Program-made: the position numbers and the translations under genes
NCBI GenBank assembly: GCA_051382335.1
Contig: JBBCAX010000167.1
Location: 1 to 53,796 of the forward strand
Origin: Deltaproteobacteria bacterium TL4
GTDB lineage: Bacteria > SAR324 > NAC60-12
Length of the DNA: 53,796 nucleotides
Direction of reading: 5' to 3'
Shown: in pieces, positions 9,697 through 20,011 of the stretch
Numbering within the stretch: the first letter of the stretch is position 1
Layout of the letters: every line of letters begins with the position of its first letter
Notes under the pieces: generated by a model
What the model was told of the DNA's origin: nothing
What the model saw: only the letters and a program-made list of their open reading frames with translations
Databases searched by the model: none

Positions 9697-9966
9697 ATGA
9701 TTGGGTTGAGTCTCCGTCTATTGGTCCTGGGGTTTGTTCTTTATGGAGGGTACCAGATAGTCAGGTTGTTGAAAAAATCGCCCTTCCTGCAAGAGAAGGG
9801 GACTTCAAAGGATGTTGATGTTGCCCGCAAAGAGGAGCTGATGATAGAGGACCCTCAATGCCATGTTTTTGTTCCCATCTCTTCAGCCTTCGTCAAAATC
9901 ATCCACGGCACTAAAACCTGTTTTTGCAGTGAAGATTGTGCCAATAAATATCTTCATCATCAATAA
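9697..9966 (+). CDS. Small membrane-anchored YHS/TRASH-like domain protein
   Basis: N-terminal TM helix, then DPQC...FCSEDC; ATG at 9697. Confidence 0.75.
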   Translation: MIGLSLRLLVLGFVLYGGYQIVRLLKKSPFLQEKGTSKDVDVARKEELMIEDPQCHVFVPISSAFVKIIHGTKTCFCSEDCANKYLHHQ

Positions 9967-9992
9967 TTTCTAAATTTAGAGGAGTACCAGAT

Positions 9993-10346
9993 TTGCGGTT
10001 AGACAAACAGCATCGAGCAGAGTTAATCATCCAGTTGGCCGAAGAAATAAAAGCTGAAAACATTTTACTGTATGAGGTTAGCGAATACTCGAGTATTACC
10101 GACTTCATCATCATCTGTGAAGGGCGCTCTCAAGCCCATGTCAAAGGGATTTCAGATAAATTGGATGAACAGATGAGAAAGAAAAAAATCAGAGCCCACA
10201 TTGAAGGCTATGGGGAAGGAAGTTGGATCTTGATGGATTATGATGAGGTCATCGTTCATATTTTTCACCCGGAAACCAGAAAATATTATAATTTGGAAGA
10301 GCTTTATGAAAAAAGTTCGCTAGCCTCTGTTGAGGAAGTCGAATGA
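9993..10346 (+). CDS. rsfS: Ribosome silencing factor
   Basis: DFIIICEG, EG, WILMDY.EVIVHIF...RKYYNLE motifs. Confidence 0.95.
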   Translation: MRLDKQHRAELIIQLAEEIKAENILLYEVSEYSSITDFIIICEGRSQAHVKGISDKLDEQMRKKKIRAHIEGYGEGSWILMDYDEVIVHIFHPETRKYYNLEELYEKSSLASVEEVE

Positions 10347-11284
10347 ACTCTTGCGCTAGGGAAACTGCGGTTTGGAAAAATGCCTTATCGGAGCTCCCCT
10401 TGCAGTCCAGAATACAATGGGACTATTCCTTAAAACGTTATAACACTCTTAAAGTGGGGGGCAAGACCACAGGCTTTATTGATGTTTTGAGCCCTGCTGA
10501 CTTGAAACTCTTGCTTCCGTTCATTCACCATTATCAAATTCCGTGGTTTCTCCTCGGAAAGGGTTCAAACGTATTAATCAAAGATGAAACCTGGCCTGGA
10601 ATCATTTTTAGACTGTCTGGTGAATTCAAGAGCTGTAGTCTCCAACCGCCTACACACCAAATCCTGGCAGGCGCGGCTCTTACGTGTGTCAGTTTTGTGC
10701 AAAAGTGCATTCCGCTGGGATGGGGCGGAATGGAATTCTTGATTGGTATTCCTGGCACGATTGGAGGTGCTATCGCGATGAATGCCGGAGCGCATGGAGC
10801 CGAAATAAGTGAGTTCTTGCAAGAAGTCGGGTGGATGGATTTTGAGGGAAATCTTCACGCTGATGATGTCCGCCATTTTAATTTTTCCTACCGGCACTCT
10901 TCTCTAAACGCAAGGGTTCATTCAACGATTGTGACTCAAGCGTTATTTAAACTTGGACTTTCTGACCCGGAAACTGTGAAATCGCGTGTACAGCAATGGC
11001 AGCAGTTTCGCTTTGAAAAACAACCTCACAAACAACCTAATTGTGGCTCTGTTTTTAAAAATCCACCAGGGCACTATGCCGCCCAATTGATTGAAGCGTC
11101 AGGCTTGAAAGGCTTCAAGCTTGGCGACGCTCAAGTCAGTGAGAAGCATAGTAATTTTATGGTAAATTTGGGACACGCAACAGCTCTGGAGATCCTGAAC
11201 TTAATCACTCTGGTTCAGGAAAAAGTTTTGAACGATCATGGTGTTTTACTGGAAACCGAAGTTCAGATCTTATCGGCAGAGTAG
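10343..11284 (+). CDS. murB: UDP-N-acetylenolpyruvoylglucosamine reductase
   Basis: GKGSN, GIPGTIGGAIAMNAGA, FSYRHS, GSVFKNP, SEKHSNF and LETEV motifs. Confidence 0.96.
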   Translation: MNSCARETAVWKNALSELPLQSRIQWDYSLKRYNTLKVGGKTTGFIDVLSPADLKLLLPFIHHYQIPWFLLGKGSNVLIKDETWPGIIFRLSGEFKSCSLQPPTHQILAGAALTCVSFVQKCIPLGWGGMEFLIGIPGTIGGAIAMNAGAHGAEISEFLQEVGWMDFEGNLHADDVRHFNFSYRHSSLNARVHSTIVTQALFKLGLSDPETVKSRVQQWQQFRFEKQPHKQPNCGSVFKNPPGHYAAQLIEASGLKGFKLGDAQVSEKHSNFMVNLGHATALEILNLITLVQEKVLNDHGVLLETEVQILSAE

Positions 11285-11314
11285 AAAGATGTTGATGAAT
11301 AAAAGAGGGAGCGC

Positions 11315-12238
11315 GTGATGCAAGATTTAAAAGATCATACTTATCGGCGTCTGGTCCAGACTCCGTATCGGTCTCATCCCTTCAAAATTGAGCAGGGCCA
11401 GGGGAAAAGCCTTAAAGTTGTCCCTTTGGGAGTAAAATCGCCTTCTGCTTCGGATACGTTTAAAAATTCCTTTAGTTCGCTTTCGCCTCACCTGGATACG
11501 CCTCTGATTCGTCAAGTCCGATTATGGTTTAAACGGATGATCGGGATCGGAGCGTTTTTCTTCATGATTTGGCTGCTCATTGGCGTTACGATTCAAATGT
11601 CTACTTTTTTTAAACAACCTGTAAGGCATCTTCGTATTGAAGGGGAGTCGCTCCTGAGTCCGCTTGAACTGATGCAAACTATTGGACTCACACCGATACA
11701 AACCCTGGGGTCTATTTCTCCCTATCAAGCAGAAAATGATTTGTTACATCATCCTCTTGTGAAGCAGGTACAATTACGGCGAATCTTTCCTGACACCCTT
11801 TATCTCCACATCCTCGAACATGAACCTTATGCCTTAGTCAAAACACAGCAAGGGCATTACTTAATCAACAGAGAGCAATATCCTTTGAGAAAAGTATCTT
11901 CGGTGTATGCGTTACCGACTTTGGTTGGTGTTGAATTTTCAGAATTAATTCTGGGACAGCCCTTGCAATCTCTCCATCTGGAACGGGGACTGATTTTTCT
12001 GGAAGAAATCCGAAAAAAATATGCTCTGGAAGACCTGGTTTCAGAAGTTGATGTTTCAGACCCTTTAAATTTGAAACTCCACTTAAAAGAAAAGGACACA
12101 CTGGTTTATTTAGGACAAGATCATTACTTGGAACGTATGGAATTGTTCAAAAAAACTTACCCTCAACTCAAAACTCGTTACGACCATATCACTTCAATCG
12201 ACCTTCGGTACCCAAACAAAATAACCGTGATTCCCTAG
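11315..12238 (+). CDS. ftsQ: Cell division protein FtsQ/DivIB
   Basis: TM helix, POTRA-like HPLVKQVQLRRIFPDTL.I.E, C-terminal IDLRY; follows murB. Confidence 0.85.
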   Translation: MMQDLKDHTYRRLVQTPYRSHPFKIEQGQGKSLKVVPLGVKSPSASDTFKNSFSSLSPHLDTPLIRQVRLWFKRMIGIGAFFFMIWLLIGVTIQMSTFFKQPVRHLRIEGESLLSPLELMQTIGLTPIQTLGSISPYQAENDLLHHPLVKQVQLRRIFPDTLYLHILEHEPYALVKTQQGHYLINREQYPLRKVSSVYALPTLVGVEFSELILGQPLQSLHLERGLIFLEEIRKKYALEDLVSEVDVSDPLNLKLHLKEKDTLVYLGQDHYLERMELFKKTYPQLKTRYDHITSIDLRYPNKITVIP

Positions 12239-12266
12239 CACTTGGGATGTTCTGCAGTGAGGATGA

Positions 12267-13787
12267 ATGACGCTTTTAGATCAGTTGATTTCTCAGGGAT
12301 TGGTGGATGTTTCTCTTTTGGCACAACTGGGTGAATCGGTGAATTCACTGTCTGATTTAGAAAAACTCCGTAGATTGATTCGTCAGGAATTATTGGACGA
12401 ATATAAACTCCTGCCTGTCTTAGCCCAGCGGTATCAGATTTCTATGCTTTCTGAGTTCTCAATGTCGCTCCAGGAGATAGAAGATATTGCTTTTAGTCGC
12501 ATGGTTTATGAAAAAAAACATGTTTTGTTGGTACGACGACAAGGGCAGTCTATCGGATTACTGTCGATTTTTTCGGATTTTTTCAGTTTGGATCAGATTG
12601 CCTTTCATTTACAAGGGGTCCCCCAGTGGTATCTTACAACGCACCAGCAGCTTCATGTTTATCTTCAATTATTTCAACATCCTGAATGGATGCATGAAGA
12701 AAGTTCAACGGATGATTTCATTCAGCGCATTCTGGAAGAAGCTATTTCCAGAAAGTCCTCAGACATTCATTTGGAACCGGAAGATGCCAAGTTCCTGGTT
12801 CGGTTACGGGTGGATGGTAAATTGGAAGATGCCTTACGATTTCCGATTGAAACACAAACCACTATTCTTTCCCGAATCAAGATTCTCGGAGGAATGGATA
12901 TTGCGGTGAAGCGTCGTCCTCAAGATGGACGGTATTCCTATCGCTCGCAAAAAGGAAGTGTCTATGACCTGAGAATTTCTTCCTTGCCTACGCAATCGGG
13001 AGAAAAGGTGGTCATTCGATTGTTGGATCAAGCGCCCGTTCAGTATCAACTGGAGGCCTTAGGTTTCTTCAAAGATGATTTGGAGATCTTATCTCATACC
13101 TGCCTGATGAGCAGCGGATTGATTCTGGTGGTTGGACCGACAGGCAGTGGCAAAACCACAACCCTCTATGCGATGTTGAATCAAATCAACACCAGAGATA
13201 AAAACATCATCACCATTGAGGATCCTGTAGAATATCACATTAAGGGCTTGAATCAGGTTTCCGTCCAGGCCTCTGCGGATTTGACCTTTGCTCACGCCTT
13301 ACGTGCCGCTTTACGCCAAGATCCTGATGTGATCCTGGTTGGTGAAATCCGGGATGAAGAAACCGCGGAAATCGCGATCAAGGCCGCCTTGACCGGGCAT
13401 TTGGTATTTGCGACCTTGCATAGCATTGATGCCGTCACAACCATTCAGCGTCTATCCAATCTAAACGTCGATCTGGACCTATTGGCTGAAACCTTGAAAC
13501 TGGTGGTTTCTCAACGTTTGGTCCGTCGCATGTGTTCTCATGCCTCTGCTTCGGAACAATGTCAAAAGTGTCATGGCAGCGGTTACTCAGGCAGAGTTCC
13601 CATTTATGAAATACTAAAAATAGATCCGAGCGTCAAGGAACGTATCAGAAAGGGGAACACCGGAAAAGACCTGATCGCGCCTTCGGAAACCTTGTATTTC
13701 CATTCCTTTGACCAAACGGCAAAACGACTCACGGAACAAGGAGTCACTGATTCAAAAGAATTGGAATCCTTGATAACCGAACATTAA
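12267..13787 (+). CDS. GspE/PilB family secretion/pilus assembly ATPase
   Basis: SDIHLEP, PQDGR, Walker A GPTGSGKTTT, TIEDPVEY, LRQDPDVILVGEIRD and TGHLV motifs. Confidence 0.93.
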   Translation: MTLLDQLISQGLVDVSLLAQLGESVNSLSDLEKLRRLIRQELLDEYKLLPVLAQRYQISMLSEFSMSLQEIEDIAFSRMVYEKKHVLLVRRQGQSIGLLSIFSDFFSLDQIAFHLQGVPQWYLTTHQQLHVYLQLFQHPEWMHEESSTDDFIQRILEEAISRKSSDIHLEPEDAKFLVRLRVDGKLEDALRFPIETQTTILSRIKILGGMDIAVKRRPQDGRYSYRSQKGSVYDLRISSLPTQSGEKVVIRLLDQAPVQYQLEALGFFKDDLEILSHTCLMSSGLILVVGPTGSGKTTTLYAMLNQINTRDKNIITIEDPVEYHIKGLNQVSVQASADLTFAHALRAALRQDPDVILVGEIRDEETAEIAIKAALTGHLVFATLHSIDAVTTIQRLSNLNVDLDLLAETLKLVVSQRLVRRMCSHASASEQCQKCHGSGYSGRVPIYEILKIDPSVKERIRKGNTGKDLIAPSETLYFHSFDQTAKRLTEQGVTDSKELESLITEH

Positions 13788-13881
13788 TCCCTCCCTTCTG
13801 AGTCCAAAACGAGACAGGATCACAAGAGGAGCCCCTGATTCGTCCCAAGGCAGAGCGTTTTTCGGCTTTTCCGTATTTCTG

Positions 13882-14763
13882 CTAAGAGGACATTTTCCAA
13901 AAATGGAAATCAGGATGCATGTACTTCTGTTTTTCCGCAATAGTGGTTTGATTGGGACGTGTCGCCGGAAAAAGCGTATAGATTGTTTTAACTGTGACAT
14001 TCTTGAGAGCGTTCAACAAAGAAGCTTTTTTGTTGAATCCAAGGTGCCCATAGAAGTAATATTGTTTATGAATTTGAAAACCCAGTCTTTCCAGCATCAG
14101 GTTGACTTCATCGGTCGTGTATTCTCTCCAGTGTGAGGAATTTACCATGTTTTCGTTTTTATCCAATTGTTGAAAATAAAACTCAAGGGGATCATTAATG
14201 GATTTGCCAAATAATAACGACACTCTTTTTTTTAAGGAGGCCAGGTTAGGTAAGGACAGGTATAGTTTGCCGTTGGGTTTCAAAATTCGGTTTATTTCAG
14301 ACAACAACGGAAGTGGGTTAAAATTAAGATGTTCCAGAGTTTCACACATGATTACCAGATCATAACTTTCATCCGCGGCCGGAAATTTTGTTTGTTTCAA
14401 GTCATGAGGGAGTATTTCAATGTGATGAGCATGATAACGCTGTTGAAGGTTTGGATTATTTATAAAAATGGGATCATCGGATGCTGTCACAGAGAACCCT
14501 AATTGGGCCAGCGTGATACTTACAATTCCGAGGAAAGAGCCAATTTCGAGGATTTTAATATTTCCTTTTTGAGGAAAGCACGCCAGCACATCGGTGAGGG
14601 TCCTTTTATAAGCATGGGTTTCACGAGCAATATAATAATTTTCGCCCTCAGCATCATTGATTCCCAGCAGATCAATAGGGTTTGAACGATAACTTTCAAT
14701 CGTTTCTTTCAATACAGTGTCCACAACCATCATAAAAGGCTCCCATCCGTTGTCTTCATCCAT
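13882..14763 (-). CDS. Class I SAM-dependent methyltransferase
   Basis: ILEIGSFLG motif I, YDLVIMCETLEHL, RILKPNG.L.LSLPN and HWREYT motifs. Confidence 0.88.
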   Translation of the reverse strand: MDEDNGWEPFMMVVDTVLKETIESYRSNPIDLLGINDAEGENYYIARETHAYKRTLTDVLACFPQKGNIKILEIGSFLGIVSITLAQLGFSVTASDDPIFINNPNLQQRYHAHHIEILPHDLKQTKFPAADESYDLVIMCETLEHLNFNPLPLLSEINRILKPNGKLYLSLPNLASLKKRVSLLFGKSINDPLEFYFQQLDKNENMVNSSHWREYTTDEVNLMLERLGFQIHKQYYFYGHLGFNKKASLLNALKNVTVKTIYTLFPATRPNQTTIAEKQKYMHPDFHFWKMSS

Positions 14764-14952
14764 TTAATTTGAATCTGTTTTGTATACCCTGAAAGAAAAG
14801 AACAAATATTGCAAACCATTTTTCTGATTATTGTCATCAGGCCAACGCTCTCGTTTTTTCTGTTTCGATTCAAGTTGACCAGGACCGTTGATAAAACTCG
14901 ATATTCGTGCAGGAAACAAAACAAGACTAACCCCGTTTAAGTTTGGAGTATC

Positions 14953-15201
14953 ATGAAGATTACTATTACTGTTGACGCAAACCCCAATGAAGTCCGTGAA
15001 GCGCTGGGACTTCCCAATATGAAAGATATCCAAAAGGAAATTTTAGAACAGATTTCCAAAAGAATTCAAACTGAAAATTTGGATATCGGTTCTTTGATGG
15101 AGATACTTGACCCCAGGAAAACTTATCAAATGGGTAAAAAAATGGTGGAGTCCGCGTTTAATGGGTTGACGAGTTTTGTAAAAGATTCCAAGGACTCCTG
15201 A
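14953..15201 (+). CDS. Small hypothetical protein, DUF6489-like
   Basis: N-terminus MKITITVDANPNEVREALGLP resembles the DUF6489 pattern; GGAG RBS. Confidence 0.65.
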   Translation: MKITITVDANPNEVREALGLPNMKDIQKEILEQISKRIQTENLDIGSLMEILDPRKTYQMGKKMVESAFNGLTSFVKDSKDS

Positions 15202-15204
15202 CCT

Positions 15205-16125
15205 ATGCTTGGATTTTTAGTTCGCCGGATAGCTCTCCTGTTCCCTGTTATGTTGGGAATCGTAACCCTCGTCTTTTTGTTGATTCACCTGATTCCAGGC
15301 GATCCTGTCGATTTGATGTTGGGAGAATCCGCGCTTGCAACCGATAAAGCCGCGTTATCTCACCAGTTGGGCTTGGACCGCCCTATTCATGAACAATATT
15401 TTTATTACCTGAAAGGTCTCCTTAACGCGGATCTTGGAACCTCCATTCACAGTAAACGTCCTGTGCTTGATGAAATTGCGGAGCGTTTACCCGCAACGGT
15501 TGAATTGATGCTTGGCGCAATGGTGGTAACCCTTGTGATTTCAATTCCTTTGGGTTTGATTGCCGCTGTCAATCGAGGAAACTGGATTGACAAAATCACC
15601 ATGTTTTTTTCATTGCTAGGTATTTCAATTCCTAATTTCTGGTTAGGCCCCATGCTCATCCTTTTGTTTTCAATTCAACTGGACTGGTTGCCTGTTAATG
15701 AAAGAGGTACGATTTTGCATTTAATTCTTCCTTCTATCACTCTGGGGACCTCGTTGGCGGCAATGCTTTCAAGAATCACCCGTTCGTCTGTGATTGAAAC
15801 TTTAGGCAATGATTACATCCGTACTGCGCGTTCAAAAGGGATCTCTGAAATGAGAATTCTTGTCAATCACGCGCTACGAAATGCGATGATTCCCATTGTC
15901 ACCGTGATTGGTCTTCAGATTGGTGTCCTTTTATCTGGCGCGATTATTACGGAACACATTTTTGATTGGCCGGGATTAGGACAATTGCTCATTGAAGCCA
16001 TCAATTCCAGAAATTATCCCTTGGTCCAAGGCTGTGTGATCATCATTGCCTCCAGTTATGTGATCGTTAATATGCTTACCGATATTTCTTATGCTTTTCT
16101 CGACCCTAAAATACGGTTGCAATAA
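15205..16125 (+). CDS. dppB: Peptide/nickel ABC transporter permease (DppB/OppB-like)
   Basis: PGDP, LGLDRP, DYIRTARSKG, HALRNA and IFDWPGLG motifs. Confidence 0.9.
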   Translation: MLGFLVRRIALLFPVMLGIVTLVFLLIHLIPGDPVDLMLGESALATDKAALSHQLGLDRPIHEQYFYYLKGLLNADLGTSIHSKRPVLDEIAERLPATVELMLGAMVVTLVISIPLGLIAAVNRGNWIDKITMFFSLLGISIPNFWLGPMLILLFSIQLDWLPVNERGTILHLILPSITLGTSLAAMLSRITRSSVIETLGNDYIRTARSKGISEMRILVNHALRNAMIPIVTVIGLQIGVLLSGAIITEHIFDWPGLGQLLIEAINSRNYPLVQGCVIIIASSYVIVNMLTDISYAFLDPKIRLQ

Positions 16126-16937
16126 TGCTTAAAAATCGGCAAATCCTTATTTTTTCCACATTGATCCTCTTTTTGTTTCTTATTCCCGCAGTGTTTGCGC
16201 CAATGCTGGTTCCTTTTGATCCAGACACCATGAATTTGATGGAAGAACTCACCCCCCCTTCTTCAACGCATTGGTTCGGGCAAGATCAAAATGGAGGTGA
16301 TATCTTAAGCCGTTTGTTAATGGGCGCAAGAATCTCGCTTTATGTCGGGTTTTGGGTTGTCGGCGTTTCCAGTTGCCTCGGAATCCTGATTGGGCTTCTC
16401 TCAGGATATTATGGAGGCTGGATTGATGTTGTGATCATGCGGATTGTTGACATTCTGCTGGCCTTTCCCGGGTTGTTATTAGCGATTGCGCTGGTTGCGG
16501 TTTTAGGACCGAACATCAACAATGTCATTATTGCCTTGGCCGCGTTAGGATGGGTTGGATACACCCGTTTAGTCCGAGGACAAGTGCTTTCGGTCAAGGA
16601 AGAAGAATATATTCTTGCCGCTAAAACTTCAGGCATTTCCGACTGGCGTGTGATGTTTGTTCATATCTTACCCAACATTATGGCCCCTGTCATTGTTCAA
16701 ACCACCTTCAGTTTGGCAGGGACCATTATTTCGGAATCCAGTCTGAGTTTTTTGGGGTTAGGTGTTCCTCCAGGAACCCCCAGTTGGGGATCCATGCTTT
16801 CTGACGGGAAAAATGTATTACTTGAAGCGCCCCATGTCTCTGTTTTTCCAGGAATTGCGATCATGATGGTGGTGCTTTTGTTTAATCTTTTGGGGGATGC
16901 GCTAAGAGATCATTTTGATCCAAAAATCCAAAATTAA
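16125..16937 (+). CDS. dppC: Peptide ABC transporter permease (DppC/OppC-like)
   Basis: HWFGQD..G.DI.SRL, HILPN, LSFLGLG, SWGSML and GDALRD motifs. Confidence 0.9.
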   Translation: MLKNRQILIFSTLILFLFLIPAVFAPMLVPFDPDTMNLMEELTPPSSTHWFGQDQNGGDILSRLLMGARISLYVGFWVVGVSSCLGILIGLLSGYYGGWIDVVIMRIVDILLAFPGLLLAIALVAVLGPNINNVIIALAALGWVGYTRLVRGQVLSVKEEEYILAAKTSGISDWRVMFVHILPNIMAPVIVQTTFSLAGTIISESSLSFLGLGVPPGTPSWGSMLSDGKNVLLEAPHVSVFPGIAIMMVVLLFNLLGDALRDHFDPKIQN

Positions 16938-16943
16938 GGTTCT

Positions 16944-17897
16944 ATGTTGTTACACGTTGAAAGCCTCGATGTTTATCTTTCGTCCCAAAAACAATCAGTA
17001 CAGGTTTTAGATGATATTTCTTTTGAACTTCAACAAGGAGAGACCTTAGGCCTTGTCGGGGAATCCGGCTGTGGAAAATCAATCACAGTCTTGTCTATCA
17101 TGCAACTGATCCCCTCTCCTCCTCTGAAACAGATCCAAGGGAAAATTCACTGGAAAGGCGTCAACCTGCTTCAAAATTCAGTAAAAGCGATGCGTCAAAT
17201 TCGTGGAAAAGAAATGGGGATGATTTTTCAAGAACCGATGACCGCCTTAAATCCTGTGTTGAGGATTGGATCTCAAATAAGGGAAGTCATACACGAACAT
17301 GAACATTTAAGTAAGGGCGAAGAAGAAAAGCGAATTTTGAAACTCTTGGAGGATGTGGGAATCCCTGAGCCGCGAAAAAGGATGAACGTTTATCCTCATC
17401 AGCTTTCAGGAGGAATGAGACAGCGTGTAATGATTGCCATGGCGTTAGCCTGTTCTCCGCAATTGTTGATTGCTGACGAGCCCACCACGGCTTTGGATGT
17501 AACCACTCAAGCTCAAATCCTGCAACAATTGAAGGATCTACGAAAGCGCTATGGCATGGGGATGCTCTTCATCTCCCACGATCTGGATGTCATCGGCTAC
17601 ATTGCCGACCAAGTCCTTGTGATGTACGCCGGAGAGATTGTAGAACAGGCGCCTGTTGAGGAACTGTTTGTAAATCCTGCGCATCCTTATACCCAGGCAC
17701 TGCAACGTTCACGTCCTCAGCAAAATTCACCAGAGTTGACCTCTATTCCCGGGAACGTCCCTTCTTTCTACCATCTGCCTCCAGGATGTCGGTTCTATGA
17801 TCGTTGTCAACATCGTATGAAGCAATGCGAACATCATCGACCCGCTTTATATTCAATCAAGGAACAACATAAGGTTCGGTGTTTTTTGTATCAATAG
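16944..17897 (+). CDS. dppD: Peptide ABC transporter ATP-binding protein (DppD-like)
   Basis: [33 protein letters not shown] and C-terminal GCRF..RC cysteine cluster. Confidence 0.92.
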   Translation: MLLHVESLDVYLSSQKQSVQVLDDISFELQQGETLGLVGESGCGKSITVLSIMQLIPSPPLKQIQGKIHWKGVNLLQNSVKAMRQIRGKEMGMIFQEPMTALNPVLRIGSQIREVIHEHEHLSKGEEEKRILKLLEDVGIPEPRKRMNVYPHQLSGGMRQRVMIAMALACSPQLLIADEPTTALDVTTQAQILQQLKDLRKRYGMGMLFISHDLDVIGYIADQVLVMYAGEIVEQAPVEELFVNPAHPYTQALQRSRPQQNSPELTSIPGNVPSFYHLPPGCRFYDRCQHRMKQCEHHRPALYSIKEQHKVRCFLYQ

Positions 17898-18172
17898 ACA
17901 TATTCCGTTTTGATTTCCTCGTGTTTCAAAAAATAAATCCATTCATCCAGGGGATTTTCAGCCTGGGAGCAAGACGCATTTTGGAGTTCTGACAGGTCCT
18001 GCGAAACCAAACTCATCCTGTTGCGAGATCCGTTTAAACAACGCTGTTTCAGGAGTGCCAAAGCTTGCTTTGGCCAGAAAGGCGAAGGCCTTTCTTTGGA
18101 TTTGGGCAAAGCAAGCTTTGGCACTCCACAGTTTAGGTTAGACTCAAATGAATTTATTTAAATGAACATCGA
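17895..18172. mobile_element. Miniature element copy 2 (inverted relative to copy 1), with extra cargo
   Basis: 18009-18172 is the near-identical reverse complement of copy 1, with the REP doublet at 18052-18127. The left part begins TAGACAT and is otherwise unrelated to copy 1. Confidence 0.78.
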
Positions 18173-18343
18173 TAGTATGTTTGAATCGAAAATTTTAAGG
18201 GAATAATGAGGATAACGTAAGATAAAAGCTTGCGGTACACCAAACCTCCTGCTAGAAACGTTATCTTGATTATTGAGATCCATTAGCGATTGATGCAACC
18301 ACGTTCAAAAATGGTAACAAAATTATCGAAACCTAGAGGAAAT

Positions 18344-19999
18344 ATGCCAAAACAAAAAAAATATAAACTGCCCTTAGAAATGTTTTATCACTGGGAAAAA
18401 ACGATTCCAAATAACATCTATTTCAGGCAGCCCATTGAGGGGATACAGCAAATTTACAACTGGGCCTATGTTGGGGACCAGGTTCGCCGAATGGCTTCCT
18501 ATTTGAAATCGCTCAATTTGCCCGAAAACAGCAACATCGGAATTTTTTCAAAAAACTGTGCTCATTGGATTATGGCTGACCTGGCTATCTGGATGAGTGG
18601 GAATGTCTCTGTTCCTTTGTATCCTAATTTGGGTACGGAAACCATCAACCACGTTTTGACTCATAGTGAAGCGAAAGTACTCTTTGTTGGAAAATTGGAT
18701 GGGTGGAAAGAAATGAAACCTGGTGTTCCCAAGGGCTTGCCTTGTATCGGATTTCCGTATGGGACAACACCTGAGTTTGAAACCTGGAATGACATTGTTG
18801 CTAAAAATGAACCCATGCAGGAAAGTCCTATCCGCAGTAAAGATGAGGTTGCTACCATCATTTATACCTCGGGAACCACGGGAAAACCTAAGGGTGTGGT
18901 TCATAAATTTCATTCTTTCTCTTATGCCATGACCAACTATCTGAGCATCTTGAAAATCGACACAACCGATAGTTTCTTTTCTTACTTACCGCTCTCTCAT
19001 GTCGCGGAACGTTTGCTGGCCGAAACAGGAAGCCTTTATAGCGGAGGCAAGGTCTCTTTTGCCGAATCTCTCGACACGTTTGCTGAGAATTTGAAGGAAG
19101 CCAGTCCTACCGTCTTTTTAGGCGTCCCAAGGATTTGGACTAAATTCCAGTTGGGGATCTTAGGTAAACTTCCTCAGCACAAGTTGGATAAACTGTTAGG
19201 TATTCCTGTTGTTAACAAGTTAATCAAAAAGAAACTGCATGGAGCTTTAGGTTTAGGCCGCGTTCGTTATACGGCAACAGGTGCGGCACCGATGCCTGAT
19301 TCCTTGTTGACCTGGTATGCGACCTTAGGGTTTGAAATTTTGGAAGCGTACTCCATGACTGAAAACTTTGCCTACTCCCATCTGACTTATCCTGGTAAGC
19401 GTAAAGTTGGTTGCGTCGGACAGCCTCTCCCTAATGTTGAATACAAAATCACTGAGGAAGGTGAGCTGCTGGTGAAAAATGAAGCCCTCATGGAAGGCTA
19501 TTACAAACAGCCAAAAGAAACGAAAGAAGCCTTTATTGACGGGTTCCTGAGGACAGGCGATATGGGGGAAGTGGATCGTGCGGGTTACCTCAAAATTACG
19601 GGAAGAGTTAAGGATTTATTTAAAACCTCCAAAGGCAAATACGTGGTTCCTTCTCCTATTGAGAAGCGTTTTGCGGAAAGCTCCAGCATAGAGCAAATTT
19701 GTGTGGGAGGCGTTTCTTTAGCTCAGCCGATTGCTTTGGTGGTGTTATCAGAAATGGGACAGGCTAAGTCAAAAGCTGAGCTAACCACTGAATTTCAAGC
19801 CTTATTGAAAAAAATCAATCCGGAATTGGACAGTCATGAGCGCTTGCATCGGCTTGTTGTTGTTAAAGAGCCATGGAGCGTAGAAAATGATATCCTTACA
19901 CCGACGATGAAGATCAAACGTAATGTGATTGAAAATACCTACAAAGACAAAATGAACGCGTGGTACGAAGATAAAGCCACTGTCGTTTTTGAAGCTTAG
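18344..19999 (+). CDS. Long-chain fatty acid-CoA ligase / AMP-binding protein
   Basis: YTSGTTGKPKG, YLPLSH, YSMTE, RTGD, GRVKD and LTPTMKIKR motifs; AGAGGA RBS before ATG 18344. Confidence 0.93.
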   Translation: MPKQKKYKLPLEMFYHWEKTIPNNIYFRQPIEGIQQIYNWAYVGDQVRRMASYLKSLNLPENSNIGIFSKNCAHWIMADLAIWMSGNVSVPLYPNLGTETINHVLTHSEAKVLFVGKLDGWKEMKPGVPKGLPCIGFPYGTTPEFETWNDIVAKNEPMQESPIRSKDEVATIIYTSGTTGKPKGVVHKFHSFSYAMTNYLSILKIDTTDSFFSYLPLSHVAERLLAETGSLYSGGKVSFAESLDTFAENLKEASPTVFLGVPRIWTKFQLGILGKLPQHKLDKLLGIPVVNKLIKKKLHGALGLGRVRYTATGAAPMPDSLLTWYATLGFEILEAYSMTENFAYSHLTYPGKRKVGCVGQPLPNVEYKITEEGELLVKNEALMEGYYKQPKETKEAFIDGFLRTGDMGEVDRAGYLKITGRVKDLFKTSKGKYVVPSPIEKRFAESSSIEQICVGGVSLAQPIALVVLSEMGQAKSKAELTTEFQALLKKINPELDSHERLHRLVVVKEPWSVENDILTPTMKIKRNVIENTYKDKMNAWYEDKATVVFEA

Positions 20000-20011
20000 A
20001 ATCCTAAAATC

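Noticed and set aside
17891..18124. 77-aa ORF, and the 91-aa ORF at 21232-21507
   Set aside because: Read-through of repeat elements; not credible genes apart from the short Rpn-like fragment.
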